From: Alphaproteobacteria bacterium
Lineage (GTDB): Bacteria; Pseudomonadota; Alphaproteobacteria; Bin95
Direction of reading: 5' to 3'
Length of the DNA: 64,000 bases
Assembly (NCBI GenBank): GCA_965205265.1
Contig: CBDBGH010000003.1
Coordinates: 3,840,001 to 3,904,000, forward strand
Made by a program: the position numbers and the translations under genes. Position 1 is the first letter of the stretch. Each line of letters starts with the position of its first letter. Positions 19,550 through 29,252 of the stretch are shown in pieces. The notes beneath the pieces were generated by a model. It was not told where the DNA came from. It saw only the letters and a list, made by a program, of their open reading frames with translations, and ran no database searches.

Positions 19550-20377
19550 TCAGCGCCTGCGGGCGACGAGCCTCATGCCGCCGAGATTGCCGCCCCGGAA
19601 GAGCCCGGCGATGCTGGAATAGAAGTCGTCGAGCCCGGCGAAGACCTCCTCGCCGTGGAGCGCCGCCTCGCGCTCGCGGCCGGCGCGCCAGGACCGGGCG
19701 CGTTCCGCGACATGCTCCGTCCAGAAGGCCGTCACGTCCTCGATTTCGACTTCGGCGAAGCCCGCGCCGGCGAGGTCGCGGCGGAGTTCGTCCAGCCGGG
19801 GCAGGTCGCGGCAATAGACCTTGTCGGCGAGCGTCCCGCGTTCCGCGTCCGTCAGCGTGCCCCGCTCGAAATAGTCCTCGACATACATCGCCCCGCCCGG
19901 CCGGAGCGCCTCGAAGCAGCGCCGGTAGAGGCGCTCGCGGTCGGGGATGTGCAGGAACACGAGCCAGGCGAAGAGCGCGTCGAAGCCGCCGGGCCCAGGC
20001 GCGCCCTCCAGAATGTCGCCCTGCCGGTGCGCCACAAGGTCCGCGAGGCCGGCGCGCACGGTCAGCCGGGCGGCGACCTCATGCACGTCCGGCTGGAGCT
20101 CGAGCGCGGTGACCGCACAGCCCGCCCGGTCGGCGATGATGCGCGCGGGCCCGCCGAGCCCGGAGCCGACATCGAGCACCCGGTGGCGCGGCGCGAGCGC
20201 GAGCCGGGCGATCCCCTCCTCTACCGCGGCCACGCCGTCATAGTGGTACTGGTCGAAGCGGGAGAGCACATCGAGGGGCACCGGGCCGTCATCCGCGATT
20301 CCGGCGTCGCGCAGCTGCGCATAGACCCGCTCCACGCGCGAATAGAGCTTCATGCTCTTGATGGCCTGCCCGCTCAT
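19550..20377 (-). CDS. Class I SAM-dependent methyltransferase (sarcosine/phosphoethanolamine N-methyltransferase-like)
   Basis: DQYHY, VLDVGSGLGGPAR, FLHIPDR, LRPGG. Confidence 0.85.
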   Translation of the reverse strand: MSGQAIKSMKLYSRVERVYAQLRDAGIADDGPVPLDVLSRFDQYHYDGVAAVEEGIARLALAPRHRVLDVGSGLGGPARIIADRAGCAVTALELQPDVHEVAARLTVRAGLADLVAHRQGDILEGAPGPGGFDALFAWLVFLHIPDRERLYRRCFEALRPGGAMYVEDYFERGTLTDAERGTLADKVYCRDLPRLDELRRDLAGAGFAEVEIEDVTAFWTEHVAERARSWRAGREREAALHGEEVFAGLDDFYSSIAGLFRGGNLGGMRLVARRR

Positions 20378-20521
20378 TGGCCCGCCCGCTCCGCTTCGTT
20401 CCCGGGCGTAAAGAGTGCGCGCCCGGCGGCCGGTATGCAACGGGGCGGGCCGGCTCTCGCACGAGAGGGGGTTTGCCCCCGCCCCTTCCCGGCGCGCCGT
20501 CCGGCCGCTATATCCGCCCCC

Positions 20522-20953
20522 ATGACGGGTTTCGATTCGGTGCTTCTCGGGATTGCGGTCACCGCCAGCGCGCTGGCCTTCGGCGGCATGGTGACCTTCA
20601 CCGGCTTCTTCGCGCCGATGGTGTTCCGCAAGCTCGACAAGCCGGTGGCCGACGCCTTCATGCGGGACGCCTTCGGCCCCTACTACATGTTCATGGCGGT
20701 GGTCTCGGGCATCGCGGCGGTCGCGGCGGTCGCGGTGCAGCCCTGGGATGCGGCGATCATGGCGATGGTCGCGGTCGCCTTCCTCGCCTCGCGCTATGTG
20801 ACCATGCCGCAGACCCAGCGCCTCTTCGATGCCCGCGAGCGCGGCGAATACGGCGCGGCGGACGAGTTCACCCGCGCCCACAAGCGCGCCGCCTTCGTCA
20901 ACATGATCCAGCTGGTCGCCGTGCTCGCGGCGCTGTTGCGGCTGGCGCTCTGA
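20522..20953 (+). CDS. DUF4149/TMEM205-like membrane protein
   Basis: Four hydrophobic helices; FAPMVFRKL...F..YY...F.RAH. Confidence 0.75.
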   Translation: MTGFDSVLLGIAVTASALAFGGMVTFTGFFAPMVFRKLDKPVADAFMRDAFGPYYMFMAVVSGIAAVAAVAVQPWDAAIMAMVAVAFLASRYVTMPQTQRLFDARERGEYGAADEFTRAHKRAAFVNMIQLVAVLAALLRLAL

Positions 20954-20968
20954 GGCGCCGCCCGCGCC

Positions 20969-21559
20969 ATGCGCAAGAGCCTGCGGATCGGGCTGCTGGT
21001 CTCCGGCGCCATCGTCGCGGCGCTGGCCGGCTACTGGCTCTGGTGGGCGCTGGAAGGCCGGCCGCAGGAGGGCCGGCCGGCGGTCGGCGGGCCGTTCGAA
21101 CTCATCGACGGCGACGGGCGCACGGTGACGGAGCGGGACTTCCGCGGCCGGCACATGCTGGTCTATTTCGGCTTCACTTTCTGCCCCGACGTGTGCCCGA
21201 CCACGCTCTTCAACGCGAGCCAGGCGCTGGAGGAGATCGGCCCGGCGCTGGCCTCGAAGGTGCGGCTCGTCTTCGTCTCCGTCGACCCCGAGCGCGACAC
21301 GCCCGAAGTCGTGAAGGACTATGCCGGCCATTTCCATCCCGGCACGGTGGGCCTGACCGGCACGCCCGAACAGGTGGCCGCCGCCGCCCGCGCCTTCCGC
21401 ATCTACTACCGCAAGGCCGCCCCGGACGAGGACGGCGGCTACCTGGTGGACCACTCCTCGATCCTGTTCCTGATGGACGGGGAGGGGCGCTATGTCACCC
21501 ATTTCGGCCATGAGGCGACGGCGGCCGACATGGCGGCGGCGTTGAAGCGCCTGCTGTGA
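20969..21559 (+). CDS. SCO1/SenC copper chaperone
   Basis: GGPFELID, FGFTFCPDVCP, SVDPERDT, YLVDHS. Confidence 0.93.
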   Translation: MRKSLRIGLLVSGAIVAALAGYWLWWALEGRPQEGRPAVGGPFELIDGDGRTVTERDFRGRHMLVYFGFTFCPDVCPTTLFNASQALEEIGPALASKVRLVFVSVDPERDTPEVVKDYAGHFHPGTVGLTGTPEQVAAAARAFRIYYRKAAPDEDGGYLVDHSSILFLMDGEGRYVTHFGHEATAADMAAALKRLL

Positions 21560-22809
21560 AGGGGGTCGTGCTCGCCGCCCCGGCCTCGGGCAGCGGCAAG
21601 ACGACCGTCGCCGCGGGCCTCGTCCGCGCGCTCCGCCGCCAGGGCCTCGCCGTGCAGCCCTACAAGGCGGGGCCGGACTATATCGACGCCGGTTTCCTCG
21701 CCGCCGCAGCCGGGCGGCCCTGCCCGAACCTCGACCCCTGGGCGATGCGCCCGGAAACGCTGGCGGCCGCGCTCGACGCCGACGCCGACATCGCCGTCGT
21801 CGAGGGCGTGATGGGCCTCTTCGACGGGCCGGAGGGCCGCGGCGGCTCGACGGCCGACCTCGCCGCGCTCACCGGCTGGCCGGTTGTGCTGGTCGTGGAC
21901 TGCGCGCGGCAGGGCCAGTCGGTCGCGGCGCTGCTGGAGGGGTTCGCCGGCCATCGGGGCGACATCCGCATCGCCGGCGCGGTGCTGAACCGGGTTGCGG
22001 GCGCGCGGCATGAAGCATTGCTGCGCGAGCGGGCGGGCGCGGTGCCGATCCTGGCGGCGCTCCCGCGCGAGCCGGCGCTCGCGCTCCCCTCGCGCCATCT
22101 GGGGCTGGTGCAGGCGCAGGAACATGCCGCGCTCGAAGACTGGCTGGAACGCGCGGCGGACCTGGCCCCGGCCGCGGCGATGCCCTTCGGCCCGCTCAAC
22201 CTGCCGGCGACGGGAAGCGCGGACGGCGCGCCGCTGCCGCCGCCCGGCCAGCGGATCGCGGTCGCGCGCGACGAGGCTTTCGCCTTCGCCTATGAGCATG
22301 TGCTGGCCGGCTGGCGGCGCGCCGGGGCCGAGCTTGCCTTCTTCTCGCCGCTCGCCGACGAGGCGCCGGAGGGCGACGCGGTGTTCCTGCCGGGCGGTTA
22401 TCCGGAACTTCATGCCGGGCGGCTCGCGGCCGCCGGCAATTTTATGGCCGCGCTCCGCCGCCATGAGGGGCCGGTTTACGGCGAGTGCGGCGGCTACATG
22501 GTGCTGGGCGAGGGGCTGGAGGATGCGGCGGGCAAGCGCCACGCCATGGCGGGCCTTCTGCCGCTGGAGACGAGCTTCGCCGCGCCCGCCCGCCGGCTCG
22601 GCTACCGCCGCCTCGCGGCCAGGGGCGGCGGCTTTCCGCCAGGCCGGGCCTTCCGGGGCCACGAATTCCACTATGCGCGCGCGCTCCGCGAAGGCCCGGG
22701 CGAGGCGCTGTTCGAGACGGCGGACGCGCAGGGCCGCCCGCTCGGCCCGGCCGGCCTCCGGCGCGGCCGCGTCGCCGGCTCCTTCATGCATCTGATCGAC
22801 GGAGCCTGA
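21556..22809 (+). CDS. cobB: Cobyrinate a,c-diamide synthase
   Basis: SGSGKTT, KAGPDYID, EGVMGLFDG, SRHLGL, GGYPELH, YGECGGYM, GHEFHY. Confidence 0.93.
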   Translation: MKGVVLAAPASGSGKTTVAAGLVRALRRQGLAVQPYKAGPDYIDAGFLAAAAGRPCPNLDPWAMRPETLAAALDADADIAVVEGVMGLFDGPEGRGGSTADLAALTGWPVVLVVDCARQGQSVAALLEGFAGHRGDIRIAGAVLNRVAGARHEALLRERAGAVPILAALPREPALALPSRHLGLVQAQEHAALEDWLERAADLAPAAAMPFGPLNLPATGSADGAPLPPPGQRIAVARDEAFAFAYEHVLAGWRRAGAELAFFSPLADEAPEGDAVFLPGGYPELHAGRLAAAGNFMAALRRHEGPVYGECGGYMVLGEGLEDAAGKRHAMAGLLPLETSFAAPARRLGYRRLAARGGGFPPGRAFRGHEFHYARALREGPGEALFETADAQGRPLGPAGLRRGRVAGSFMHLIDGA

Positions 22810-22880
22810 GACGGGACCCAGCCCTCCTCCGGCGGCGAAAAGTCTTGCCGCGCCTTGCCTGCGCGGCGAGAATGGGCTCC

Positions 22881-23123
22881 ATGGCCGTCGCCGACCTCGC
22901 ACCCTGGATCACTCCCGCCATCGTTCTGGGCGTATTCGCCTGGCTGCGCTCCGATATCCGCGAACTGCGCACGGATATCCGCGAACTGAGGGAACGCATG
23001 GACCGGTTCGACGACCGGCTGCGCGGGGTCGCGCGGGACCTGTCGGAAATGAAGGGCAAGCTGACCTTCATCGGGAACTACATTCTGGGGCGCTACAAGC
23101 CGGCCGCCGACCCGGCGGAATAA
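22881..23123 (+). CDS. Small TM plus coiled-coil protein (paralog of 35467-35838)
   Basis: Hydrophobic N-terminus, heptads (SDIRELR/TDIRELR), tail KGKLTFIGNYILGRYKPAADPAE. Confidence 0.72.
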   Translation: MAVADLAPWITPAIVLGVFAWLRSDIRELRTDIRELRERMDRFDDRLRGVARDLSEMKGKLTFIGNYILGRYKPAADPAE

Positions 23124-23165
23124 CGGCGGCCGCTTCGTTCGGGTCCCGGCGGACGGGCTGCGGCG

Positions 23166-24824
23166 ATGAGCGAAGGCCCGGTCTTCGATTACATCGTGAT
23201 CGGCGCGGGATCGGCGGGATGCGTGCTCGCCAACCGGCTGACCGAGGACGGCGGGGCGACGGTGCTGCTGCTGGAGGCCGGCGGCAGCGACCGCAGCATC
23301 GTCCTGCAGATGCCGTCTGCGCTCGCCATCGCCATGGGGCACAGGCGCTATGGCTGGCACTACCGGACGGAGCCCGAGCCGCATCTGGGCGGGCGGCGCC
23401 TCCACTGCCCGCGCGGCCGGGTGCTCGGCGGCTCCTCCTCTGTCAACGGCATGGCCTATGTGCGCGGCAACCCGCTCGATTTCGACGGCTGGGCGGAAGG
23501 CGGCGCGGCGGGCTGGTCCTGGGCCGGGGTGCTGCCCTATTTCCGAAGGGCGGAGAGCTTCAGCGGCGGCGGCGACGACTGGCGCGGCGATTCGGGGCCG
23601 CTCAACACCTCGCGCGGGCGGATGGCGAACCCGCTCTACGCCGCCTTCATCGAAGCGGGCGGGCAGGCCGGCTACGCACAGACGGCCGACATGAACGGCT
23701 ACCGGCAGGAAGGCTTCGGACCCATGGACATGACCGTCCACCGGGGCCGGCGCTGGAGCGCCGCCAACGCCTATCTCCGGCCCGCCGCCGGCAGGCCCGG
23801 CCTCGCCGTGGAGACCGGCGCGCTCGCAACGCGCATCCTGCTGGACGGACGCCGCGCCACAGGCGTCGAATACCGGCGGGGCGGCGCTGTCCGGACCGCT
23901 CGGGCGCGGCGCGAGGTCGTTCTGAGCGGCGGGCCCATCAATGCGCCGCAACTCCTGATGCTGTCGGGCATCGGCCCGGCCGCGCATCTTGCAGAACACG
24001 GAATTGCCGTCGCCTGCGACCTGCCCGGCGTCGGCCGCAACCTCCAGGACCATCTGGAGCTTTACGTCCAGCAGGAATGCCTTCGCCCGATCACGCTCTA
24101 TTCCGCAACGGGCCTCCTGCAGAGGGCGCTGATCGGCGCCCGCTGGATGCTGTTCCGGTCCGGCCCCGGCGCCACCAACCATTTCGAGGCCGGCGGCTTC
24201 ATCCGCTCGCGTCCGGGCGTGCGCTGGCCGGACATCCAGTACCATTTCCTGCCGCTTGCGGCCTCCTACGACATGAGCGACCGGGTCCGCTGCCACGGCT
24301 ACCAGGCGCATGTCGGCCCGATGCGCTCGAAATCGCGCGGCGAAGTCCGGCTCGCCGCCGCCAACCCGCTGGAGCCGCCGCGTGTGCAATTCAACTATAT
24401 GAGCCATGCGGACGACTGGACCGAGATGCGCGCCTGCGTCCGCCTCACGCGCGAGCTTTTCGCCCAGCCCGCCTTCGACCCGTATCGGGGCCGGGAGCTT
24501 GCGCCGGGCGAGGCGGCTGAGAGCGACGGGGAGATCGACGCCTTCGTGCGCGAGACCGTCCAGAGCGCCTACCATCCCTGCGGCACCTGCCGGATGGGCG
24601 CGGACGACCTGGCGGTGGTCGATCCGGAGCTCCGGGTTCGCGGCATGGATAGCCTGCGCGTCGTGGACAGCTCGATCATGCCGGCGATCACTACCGGCAA
24701 TCTCAACGCGCCGACCGTCATGATTGCGGAGAAGGCTGCGGACATGATCCGCGGCCGGGCGCCCCTGCCGCCCTCCGAAGCCTCTTTCTACACCGCGCCC
24801 GACTGGCGGACGGCCCAGCGCTGA
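23166..24824 (+). CDS. betA: Choline dehydrogenase (GMC oxidoreductase)
   Basis: GAGSAG, RGRVLGGSSSVNGM, NLQDHLELY, TNHFEAGGF, AYHPCGTC, TGNLNAP. Confidence 0.9.
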   Translation: MSEGPVFDYIVIGAGSAGCVLANRLTEDGGATVLLLEAGGSDRSIVLQMPSALAIAMGHRRYGWHYRTEPEPHLGGRRLHCPRGRVLGGSSSVNGMAYVRGNPLDFDGWAEGGAAGWSWAGVLPYFRRAESFSGGGDDWRGDSGPLNTSRGRMANPLYAAFIEAGGQAGYAQTADMNGYRQEGFGPMDMTVHRGRRWSAANAYLRPAAGRPGLAVETGALATRILLDGRRATGVEYRRGGAVRTARARREVVLSGGPINAPQLLMLSGIGPAAHLAEHGIAVACDLPGVGRNLQDHLELYVQQECLRPITLYSATGLLQRALIGARWMLFRSGPGATNHFEAGGFIRSRPGVRWPDIQYHFLPLAASYDMSDRVRCHGYQAHVGPMRSKSRGEVRLAAANPLEPPRVQFNYMSHADDWTEMRACVRLTRELFAQPAFDPYRGRELAPGEAAESDGEIDAFVRETVQSAYHPCGTCRMGADDLAVVDPELRVRGMDSLRVVDSSIMPAITTGNLNAPTVMIAEKAADMIRGRAPLPPSEASFYTAPDWRTAQR

Positions 24825-24833
24825 CAGGCCGGG

Positions 24834-25250
24834 CTACGGGCCGGCGTCGATCTCGATGCTGCGGCTGCGGACCTCCGGCTCCGGGCGCATAAGGTCGATA
24901 TGCAGAAGGCCGTTTTCCGTATGCGCTTTCTGCACCTCGATGCCTTCGGCCAGCACGAAGCGGCGCTGGAACTGGCGCGCCGCGATGCCGCGATGGAGGA
25001 AGACGCGCCCCTCGGCCTCCTCGCTCTGGCGGCCGCGCACGATCAGCTGCCGGTCCTCGACCGAGATCGTGAGGTCCTCGCGCGCGAAACCCGCTACCGC
25101 CAATGAAATGCGCAGCCGGTTGTCGCCTGTCCGCTCGATATTATAGGGCGGGTAGCCGTCTGCGGACGCCTTCGATACCGAATCGAGCATCTGCTCCAGA
25201 CGGTCGAACCCGAGCAGCAGCGGACTGTTGAAAACCGGCATTCGCGACAT
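24834..25250 (-). CDS. Small heat-shock protein Hsp20 (IbpA-like)
   Basis: SPLLLGFD, YPPYNIE, LAVAGF, LHRGIAARQF, NGLLHIDL. Confidence 0.92.
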   Translation of the reverse strand: MSRMPVFNSPLLLGFDRLEQMLDSVSKASADGYPPYNIERTGDNRLRISLAVAGFAREDLTISVEDRQLIVRGRQSEEAEGRVFLHRGIAARQFQRRFVLAEGIEVQKAHTENGLLHIDLMRPEPEVRSRSIEIDAGP

Positions 25251-25362
25251 GGCGCTGTTTCTCCCCAATACAAAGCGAGACGCGCATCGGCCGGACCCAA
25301 GCATTGCGGCGTCCGGCGGCATTGGTATATGGGAGGCGGGAGAGGGAGTGCAAGCGCCGCCC

Positions 25363-28131
25363 ATGACCGAAAAGCCCGACACGACAGCCGAGCAAACCCC
25401 CTTCACCCTGGACGGCCGCGAGGTGCTTGCGCTGCCGGGCGAAACCATCTGGCAGGCGGCGGCGCGCCTCGGCACGGTGCTGCCGCATCTCTGCTACGCG
25501 CCGGAGCCCGGCTACCGCGCCGACGGCAATTGCCGCGCCTGCATGGTCGAGATCGAGGGCGAGCGGGCGCTGGCCCCGTCCTGCTTGCGGGCCCCCGAGC
25601 CGGGCATGGTCGTGAACAGCGCGGGCGAGCGGCCGGAACGCGCCCGGCGCATGGTGCTGGAACTGCTGCTGGCGGACCAGCCACCGGAGGCCCACGACCC
25701 CGCTTCGCGCTTCGGCCGCTGGATTGCCGATGCCGGGCTCGAAGCCGGGCGGCTGCCGGCGCGCGAGGCGCCGCCGGAGGATGCGAGTCACCCGGCCATG
25801 GCGGTCAATCTCGACGCCTGCATCCATTGCAATCTCTGCGTGCGCGCCTGCCGGGAAGTGCAGGTCAACGACGTCATCGGCATGGCCGGGCGCGGTGCGG
25901 AAACGCGGATCGTCTTCGATTTCGACGACCCGATGGGCGGCTCGACCTGCGTGGCCTGCGGCGAGTGCGTGCAGGCCTGCCCGACGGGTGCGCTGATGCC
26001 GAAAACGGCGCTCGGCGCGCCGCCGCCGGACCGCCGGGTGGACAGCGTCTGCCCTTATTGCGGCGTCGGCTGCCAGATCACCTACTCGATAAGCGGCGAC
26101 CGGCTGGTTTCGGTCGAGGGCCGCGACGGCCCGGCCAATGAGCAGAGGCTCTGCGTCAAGGGCCGGTTCGGCTTCGACTACATTTCCCACCCGGAGCGGC
26201 TGACGCGCCCGCTGATCCGCCGCGACGGCGCGGCCAAGGGCATGAATGTGGATCCGGCGCGGCCGCTGACCCATTTCCGCGAGGCGAGCTGGGAGGAGGC
26301 GCTGGACAGGGCCGCCGCGGGCCTTGCAGCCGCGAAAGAAGCGCATGGACGCCGCGCGCTCGCCGGTTTCGGTTCCGCCAAGGGCTCGAACGAGGAGGCC
26401 TATCTCTTCCAGAAGCTGGTCCGCACGGGCTTCGGCTCCAACAATGTGGACCATTGCACGCGCCTTTGCCACGCCTCCTCGGTGGCGGCCTTGCTCGAAG
26501 GCATCGGCTCCGGGGCCGTCACCGCCACCTTCAACGAGGCCCGCAACGCCGATGCGCTGATCGTGATCGGCGCCAATCCGACCGAGAACCACCCCGTCGC
26601 CGCCACCTATTTCAAGCAGGCGGCGAAACGCGGCGCGGCGCTGATCGTCATGGATCCGCGCGGCCAGGCGTTGAAGCGCCATGCGACCCACATGCTGCAA
26701 TTCCGGCCCGGGCGCGATGTGGCGATGCTGAACGCGATCATGCACACCATCGTCGCCGAGGAGCTTTACGACCGGCAGTATGTCGCCGCGCACACCGCCG
26801 ATTTCGAGGCGTTGAAGGACCATCTCGCCGCCTTCCCGCCGGAACGGATGGCCCCGCTTTGCGGCATCGACGCCGGAATGCTGAAGGAGGTCGCGCGCGT
26901 CTATGCGCGGGCCGGCCGCGCGATGATCTTCTGGGGCATGGGCGTCTCGCAGCATGTCCACGGCACGGACAATGCCCGCTGCCTGATCGCGCTGGCGCTG
27001 ATGTGCGGCCATGTCGGCCGGCCCGGGACCGGGCTGCACCCGCTGCGCGGGCAGAATAACGTGCAGGGCGCCTCCGATGCGGGCCTTATCCCGATGATGT
27101 ATCCGGACTATCGGCGCGTCGCCGAGCCCGAGGCGCAGGCCCGCTTCGAGGCGGCATGGGGCGCGGAACTCGACCCGGAGCCCGGCCTGACCGTGGTCGA
27201 GATCGTCGATGCGATCCACAAGGGCGGCGTGCGGGCGATGTACATCATGGGCGAGAACCCGGCGATGTCGGACCCCGACGCGACCCATGCCCGCGAGGCG
27301 CTCGCAAAACTCGACCATCTTGTGGTCCAGGACCTGTTCCTGACCGAGACGGCGATGTTCGCCGATGTCGTGCTGCCGGCCTCGGCATGGCCTGAGAAGG
27401 ACGGCACCGTGACCAACACCAACCGCCAGGTGCAACGCGGGCGCAAGGCGTTCGAGGCGCCGGGCGAAGCGCGCGAGGACTGGCGGATCATCCAGGACAT
27501 CGCCCGGCGCATGGGGCTCGACTGGAACTACGGCCATCCGCGCGACGTCTATGCCGAAATGGCGGGGCTGATGCCGTCGCTGGACCATATCGACTGGGAG
27601 CGCCTGGAGGCCGAGAGCGCCGTCACCTATCCGTCCGACGGGCCGGACCACCCGGGCCATGCGGTGGTGTTCGCGGACCGCTTCCCGACCGGCGACGGCC
27701 GGGGGCGCTTCGTGCCCGCCGACATCCTGCCTCCCGCCGAGGAGCCCGATGCGGAGTTCCCGATGGTGCTGACGACGGGCAGGCAATTGGAGCACTGGCA
27801 TACCGGCGCCATGACGCGGCGCGCGAGCATGCTGGACGCCATCGAGCCCGAGGCCACCGCGAGCCTCGCGCCGGCGGACCTGCGCGCGCTCGGCCTTGCG
27901 CCGGGCGACCGGGTGCGCGTCGAGACCCGGCGGGGCGCCATCGAGCTCACCGCGCGCATGGACGGCGCGGTGCCGGCGGGCCTTGTCTTTGCGCCGTTCG
28001 CCTATGTCGAGGCGGCAGCGAACGAGCTCACCAACCCGCAATTGGACCCCTGGGGCAAGATCCCGGAGTTCAAGTTCTGCGCCGCCCGGATTGTGCCGGC
28101 CGGGGAAGGGACCGCGGCAGAGCGCCCGTGA
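25363..28131 (+). CDS. Formate dehydrogenase alpha subunit (Mo/W-bisPGD, Cys-type, N-terminal Fe-S domains)
   Basis: 2Fe-2S and 4Fe-4S Cys motifs, CPYCGVGC, RLCHAS, LRGQNNVQG, PEFK. Confidence 0.92.
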   Translation: MTEKPDTTAEQTPFTLDGREVLALPGETIWQAAARLGTVLPHLCYAPEPGYRADGNCRACMVEIEGERALAPSCLRAPEPGMVVNSAGERPERARRMVLELLLADQPPEAHDPASRFGRWIADAGLEAGRLPAREAPPEDASHPAMAVNLDACIHCNLCVRACREVQVNDVIGMAGRGAETRIVFDFDDPMGGSTCVACGECVQACPTGALMPKTALGAPPPDRRVDSVCPYCGVGCQITYSISGDRLVSVEGRDGPANEQRLCVKGRFGFDYISHPERLTRPLIRRDGAAKGMNVDPARPLTHFREASWEEALDRAAAGLAAAKEAHGRRALAGFGSAKGSNEEAYLFQKLVRTGFGSNNVDHCTRLCHASSVAALLEGIGSGAVTATFNEARNADALIVIGANPTENHPVAATYFKQAAKRGAALIVMDPRGQALKRHATHMLQFRPGRDVAMLNAIMHTIVAEELYDRQYVAAHTADFEALKDHLAAFPPERMAPLCGIDAGMLKEVARVYARAGRAMIFWGMGVSQHVHGTDNARCLIALALMCGHVGRPGTGLHPLRGQNNVQGASDAGLIPMMYPDYRRVAEPEAQARFEAAWGAELDPEPGLTVVEIVDAIHKGGVRAMYIMGENPAMSDPDATHAREALAKLDHLVVQDLFLTETAMFADVVLPASAWPEKDGTVTNTNRQVQRGRKAFEAPGEAREDWRIIQDIARRMGLDWNYGHPRDVYAEMAGLMPSLDHIDWERLEAESAVTYPSDGPDHPGHAVVFADRFPTGDGRGRFVPADILPPAEEPDAEFPMVLTTGRQLEHWHTGAMTRRASMLDAIEPEATASLAPADLRALGLAPGDRVRVETRRGAIELTARMDGAVPAGLVFAPFAYVEAAANELTNPQLDPWGKIPEFKFCAARIVPAGEGTAAERP

Positions 28132-29252
28132 AACGGGCCGGACCCGTTCTTGTCGGCGGCCTGCTGCTGGCCGCAACGTCGATTCCGGGTCCGGCGGCAG
28201 GCCAGCGCGTCGTTTCGGTCAATCTGCCATTGCCGGCGGCCCATCCGGTCGCAGCCTCGGGCTGGCGCCGTTTTGCCGAGGCGGCCGAGCGGGGCCGGCA
28301 ATTCGCATTCCAGCTGTTCGTGGACGGCTCGCTCCTGGGCCGGAAGCATGTGGTAGTCGGCCTCGCGCATGGCGACGCGCAGATGGGCTATGCGACGCTC
28401 ACCGCCCACCCGGCCGGCCTGCCGCACAGGGTGACCCTCGGCCGCCTGGCGCTCGCCGGCCCCGACCCCATGGCCGGCGCCGCCGCCATGACCGAGTTCG
28501 TCATGCTGCATTGCCCGGCATGCCTGAAGTCCCTGGCGGCGCGCGGGATCGTCTTTCTCGGCAGCCATGCGGCCGGCCCTTTCCACCTGCTTTCCCCCAT
28601 GCCGCTGGCGCGCGCGGACACGTTGAAGGGCGCGCGCATCGCCAGCCCCGGACCGCCCTGGAACGACCTGCTGAAGCGTCTCGACGGCCAGCCGGAAGAG
28701 GTTGACGGAAGCCTGGCAGCGGCCATGAGAAAGGGGGAAATCGACGCTGTGCTCGGCCCGGTCGCGCTGCTTGCCGAGCCCGCCCTTGCGCGCCGGGTGC
28801 GGGCGGTCACGGCCATGCATCTGGGCGTCCACCGCGTCGCAAGTCCGTTTACCGCGAATCTGGGCTTCTGGCGGACGCTGACGCGGGATGAGCGGGCCGT
28901 GCTGCTGGAGGCCGCGCCGCCCGGCCTCGCCGCCGCCGCGATCGCCTACCGGGCCGCCGACGAAAAGGCCCGCGTCGCGATGCGGGAAGCCGGCATCGCC
29001 TTCAGCCGCGCCCATCCGGCGCTGGTGCACAAGGCTGTCGGGTTCGACGCCGGGCCGGAAACGGTGGAACTGCGCTCCGAAGCCGAAGGGCCGGGCGCGC
29101 TCGCGGCCGTCTTCCGCCGGCTGCACGACAAATACCGCAGCCTGTTCGCAGAGGCCGGGCCGTCGGCCGGGCCGGTCGCCGGAATCCTGAGCCGGGAAAT
29201 CTTCGGGCGGCTCGACCCCGCAACCTACGGCCTGGGGCCGGAAACGCCGTGA
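28128..29252 (+). CDS. TRAP DctP-like solute-binding protein (orphan)
   Basis: Signal peptide, F.DGSLLG, TLKGARI, KGEIDA, FWRTL...R. Confidence 0.65.
   Translation: MKRAGPVLVGGLLLAATSIPGPAAGQRVVSVNLPLPAAHPVAASGWRRFAEAAERGRQFAFQLFVDGSLLGRKHVVVGLAHGDAQMGYATLTAHPAGLPHRVTLGRLALAGPDPMAGAAAMTEFVMLHCPACLKSLAARGIVFLGSHAAGPFHLLSPMPLARADTLKGARIASPGPPWNDLLKRLDGQPEEVDGSLAAAMRKGEIDAVLGPVALLAEPALARRVRAVTAMHLGVHRVASPFTANLGFWRTLTRDERAVLLEAAPPGLAAAAIAYRAADEKARVAMREAGIAFSRAHPALVHKAVGFDAGPETVELRSEAEGPGALAAVFRRLHDKYRSLFAEAGPSAGPVAGILSREIFGRLDPATYGLGPETP

Noticed and set aside
19550-21511. 653-aa, 839-aa (39912-42431), 849-aa (41201-43750), 715-aa (6553-8700) and 479-aa (17291-18730) ORFs as fusion proteins
   Set aside because: The N-terminal extensions overlap real genes in other frames; the true starts are internal.
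22810-23165. Possible inverted repeats or attC-like sites around the first coiled-coil gene
   Set aside because: Only 6-8 bp GC-rich matches and no GTTRRRY/RYYYAAC cores; compatible with chance.
25363-28131. Selenocysteine or SECIS in formate dehydrogenase
   Set aside because: The active-site codon is TGC (RLCHAS); no in-frame TGA.
25141-28176. 1011-aa antisense ORF over formate dehydrogenase, and similar long antisense ORFs throughout
   Set aside because: Stop-poor antisense frames are expected at this GC content; the sense frames carry the family motifs.
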